This document shows, in pieces, positions 60,181 to 64,000 of a DNA stretch of 64,000 nucleotides (position 1 is the stretch's first letter; every line of letters begins with the position of its first letter). Position numbers and translations under genes: made by a program. Under the pieces are notes generated by a model. The model did not search any database. It had not been told where the DNA came from and saw only the letters and a list, made by a program, of their open reading frames with translations. Location of the stretch: positions 51,646,001 through 51,710,000 of the forward strand of contig NC_043004.1 of NCBI RefSeq assembly GCF_006345805.1. Direction: 5' to 3'. This stretch comes from Octopus sinensis (lineage: Eukaryota).

Positions 60181-61916
60181 TACCCTGCTAATACCAAGTG
60201 CCTGATGATTTATTTTGTGGGGTCAAAATGGTGCATTTAAAATGGACACATACACTGTACAGACTGTAAAGTGGTTGGTGTTAAGAGGGGTACCCAATCT
60301 TAGTAACCATGCCAAAGCTGTCAATGAAATCAACCAGGCTCCTACCCCCAAATTTGTATCTTTAATAGAAAGATTGTTGTTGTTGTTGTTTAAGGCAGTG
60401 AGCTGGCAGAATGGTTTCTATGTCAGACAGAATGCTTAGCAGTATTTCACCTGCCTTTATGTTCTGAGTTAGGGTTAACTTTGCCTTTCATCCTTTTGGG
60501 GTCGATAAATCAAGTACCAGTGAAATATTGGGGGTTGATGTAATCGGCTAGTCCCTTCCCCAACAATTTTAGGCCTTATGCCTATAGTAGAAAGGATTAT
60601 TATTACTATATAAAAATGTGGAGGCACATGGCGTGGTGATTAGAGCAGCAGACCCACGGTCAAGGGATCGCAGGTCTGAATCTCAGACTGGGCGATGTGT
60701 GTGTTTATGAGCAAAATATCTCAGCTCCACACAGCTCTGGCAGAAGGTAATGGCAAATTTCTGTTGACTCTTTCGCCACAACTTTCTCTCACTCTTTCCT
60801 CCTGCATTTAGCAGCTCACTTGTGACAGACCAGCATCCCATCCAGGTGGGGAACCCATATGCCAATTAAACTGGGAAACCGGCCCTTATGAGCCAGGCAT
60901 TGCTTGAGAAGGAACAAACAAAATTATATAGAAAATCTTAAGTGTTAATTCATCTATGATTCAATTCACATGAGGGTTGAATGGTTTGACAAGAGCCAGA
61001 GCATCAATGTCTTCTTTGTGTGTATGTGTGTGTACTCACACACACATATATCATCATCATTTAGTGTCCGTTTTCCATGCTGGCATGGACAACATGGTTT
61101 TATTGGAACTGGTAAGCTGGAAAGCTGCACCAGATTCCAGTCTGTTTTGGCTTGGTTCCTATGGTTGGATGCCCTTCCTAATGTCAACCACACCATAGAG
61201 TGTACTGGGTGTCTTTTACGTATCACTGGCATGAGTACCTTTTGTTTTGTCACCGGCACAGATATCTTTTACATGTCACCAGCACGGGTTCCTTTCACGT
61301 GTCGCTGGCACTGGCCATGACTATCATTTCACTAAGCTGGACATCCACTCACAAGGCTTTGGTCAACCCTGAACTGTAGTAGAAGACACTTGGTCAAGGT
61401 GCTATGCAGTGGGACTGATCCTGAAACTACATAAATATCCTATCAAGACAAGAACAATATTATACATTGTCCTGCTAGCACTGACTGACTGATTCATTAT
61501 CTTGTAGAAATAGCACAAGTAACGTAGCAGGCGATCTGTAATTGGTAACTCAGACAACTGGCAAGTTATAGATACAAGGTTCAAGCTTCTTAGGCAAGAC
61601 TGTTTGGTGTTTATATCTTTTCTGCTCTAGGCACAAGGCCTGAAATTTTTGTGGAGGGGGCCAGTTGATTAGATCAACTCCAGTATGCCACTGGTACTTA
61701 ATTTATCAGCCTGAAAGGATGAAAGTCAAAGTCAACCTCAGCAGAATTTGAACTCAGAATGTAAAGACAGACAAAATACAAACTAATCATTTCGCCCGGC
61801 ATGCTAACGTTTCTGCCAGCTTGCTACTTTTTGATGCTTATGTCTTATGTTTCTTCTGATTATATGTCAGCTGATTTTTTTTTTTAATCATTTTCTTTTT
61901 CCTTTGCATTGAACAG

Positions 61917-62064
61917 GATGCTGAATCTGGATGTGATCGTTGAAGATGCTGAGAAGATGGACTTCAGTCACAATGACATTACTGGAGTCCTGTTGCAGTA
62001 CCCTGATACCAATGGTAAAGTTCAGGACTTCGGTGATGTCATCAGTAGGGCACATCAGGCCAAG
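61917..62064 (+). CDS. GLDC: GLDC exon (human exon 6 equivalent): MLNLDVIVEDAEKMDFSHNDITGVLLQYPDTNGKVQDFGDVISRAHQAK
   Basis: Polypyrimidine tract plus gaacag acceptor, GTGAGA donor, 148 bp. Contains the GVLxQYPDTxG motif. The five exons total 606 nt = 202 codons with no stop. Confidence 0.97.
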
Positions 62065-62099
62065 GTGAGACCCTGCTATAACAAAATAATAATAATCCT

Positions 62100-64000
62100 T
62101 TCTACTGGAAGCACAAAGCCTCAAATTTTGGGGAAGGGATTAAGTCAAGTACATTATCGACCCTGAGAGGATGAAAGGCAAAGTTGAGCTCAGTGGAATT
62201 TCAACTCAGAACATAGTGGCAGACAAAATACCGCTAAGTATTTCACTTGGCATGGTAATGATTCTGCCAGCTCGCCGCTTTACTATACTAATAATAATAA
62301 TTATAATAATAACAATAATAACAACAACGATGATGATGATGATGATAATAATGGTTTCATATTTTAACACACGACCAGTAATTTTGGGGGAGTGGGTAAG
62401 TCTATTATGTCAACCCCAGTGCTCAACTAGTACTTATTTTATTGGCCCCAAAAAGATGAAAGGCAGAGTTTGAACTCAGGAGGTAGAATTGGATGAAATG
62501 CTGTGAAGCATTGTGTCGAGCAGTTAACAATCCTGCCAGCTTATAATGGTTTCAAATTTTGCCACAAAGGTAGCAATTTTGCGAGAGGGGGTGAGTTGAT
62601 TACATCGAACCCAGTGTTCAACAGGTACTTATTTTACTGATCCTAAAAGGATGAAAGGCAAAGTCTGCCTCAGCAAAATTTAAACTCTGAACGTAGTGAC
62701 AGGCAAAATACCGCTAAGCATTTCATCCAGTGTGCTAACAATTCTTCCAGCTTGCCACCTCAATAAAAATAATAACACTAATAATAATAATAATAAAATG
62801 CCCTGATGCAGTACCAGGCAGTGGCTCTCATGGCTTCTGATCTTGACTGATTGGAAGTGTTATCATGTACATTGTTTTGTCTTGGTATAAAAGATGGGCT
62901 ACAGCAAATATTCTGCTCAATACCACAGATTTGCTTGTCAGTTGTTTGACCATAACCAGTTGAGCATGTCCCTTAGTGGCTGACGATATGTGCATCTCTG
63001 ATCACGAGCAGAAGTAGTGGGGGAGCATCATGGCCATGTGTTGGGGGTGGATTCTTTGGGGTTTGAATAATTCACCTCTGGAAACATGGGTGGTTCTTTC
63101 AACATCCTTAAACAACCCTTATTCAGAGACCTTTTGAGCGGGATGGGCTACTCAACCTGAAGAAAATTCTAACTGGGCCCCACCTGCAAGGTCATGTGCT
63201 GTTTATCTTGATATGAGATCACCATGTCGCGCACATATGGTTGTGATGCTTGTGCCTGGTGTACCTTTATCAGACGGGTAGTCATGATGGGTATATTGGG
63301 CTTCGTATATTTTACCCCAGTGTCACTTTGATGGCATGCACTGCTCTCTCACTCAATAATAATAATAATAATAATAATAATAATCCTAGGCATAAGGCCT
63401 GAAATTTGGTGGGAGGGGGCCAGTCGATTAGATTGACCCAAGTACGCAACTGGTACTTGATTTATCGACCCCGAAAGGATGAAAGGCAAAGTCAAGCTCA
63501 ACAGAATTTGAACTCAGAACGTAGCAGCAGACAAAATACCACGAAGCATTTCACCTTGCATGCTAACAATTCTGTCAGCTCACCGCTTAATAATAATAAG
63601 GCTTTCTACTATAGGCGCAAGGACTGAAATTTTGAGGGAGGAGGCTAGTCAATTACATCAACCCCAGTGCGTAACTGGTACTTATTTCATCGACCCTGAA
63701 AGGATGAATGACAAAGTTGACCTCGACAGAATTTGAATTCAGAATGTAAAGATGGCCGAAATGCCGCTAAACATTCTGCCAGCTGCCACCTTAATAATGA
63801 TAATAGTTCTTTCTAATTTGGGCACAAGCCAGCACATGTGAGGAGAAAAAGCAAATCAGTTATATCAACCCCAGTGCATGACTAGTACTTTATTTCATTA
63901 ACCCTGAAAAGATGAAAGATGAAGTCAACCCTAGCAAAATTTAAACTCAGAACTCGAAGAACCAAAAGAAGTGTCACTTAGCATTTTGTCCAATGCTCTA
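62100..64000 (-). mobile_element. Cluster of about 6 diverged SINE-B variant copies separated by (AAT)n, with one family-E element
   Basis: Repeated GGCACAAGGCCTGAAATTTT...GAAAGGATGAAAGGCAAAG...GCCAGCTC blocks, all in one orientation. Confidence 0.8.
62795..63356 (+). mobile_element. ~560-bp non-coding element (family E) between (AAT)n arrays; second copy 42785-43335 (-), 3' fragment 44292-44415 (-)
   Basis: Two near-full copies and one truncated copy, all bounded by AAT microsatellite. Confidence 0.8.

Overview
AT-rich, repeat-dense metazoan genomic DNA. The SINE/LINE families and (TA)n/(GAT)n/(AAT)n microsatellites look like an octopus genome (inference from pattern recognition). The only host gene I can support is glycine dehydrogenase (GLDC, glycine cleavage P-protein) on the + strand. 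Five coding exons (31098-31176, 50749-50884, 54752-54916, 56202-56279, 61917-62064) splice by GT-AG into one open 202-codon frame. Exon 1 was not found and the gene continues beyond the window, so essentially all other sequence is probably intron. The introns contain several tRNA-derived SINE families, RTE, CR1/L2-like and R4/Dong-like LINE remnants, and mariner, maT, piggyBac, hAT, Chapaev-like and Helitron remnants or MITEs. They also hold Penelope-type terminal repeats with minimal hammerhead ribozyme motifs, minisatellites and one 100-N gap. The most unusual object is a young 4.4-kb non-autonomous Ty3/Gypsy-derived LTR element (22482-26889, minus strand). It has 1067-bp LTRs, a tRNA-Leu-type PBS, a PPT and an ATAT TSD. 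Its RT catalytic core is deleted and no integrase is recognisable, yet it keeps a ~650-codon reading frame with three tandem 103-aa repeats broken by a single TAG. No CRISPR, rRNA or genuine tRNA gene is supported.
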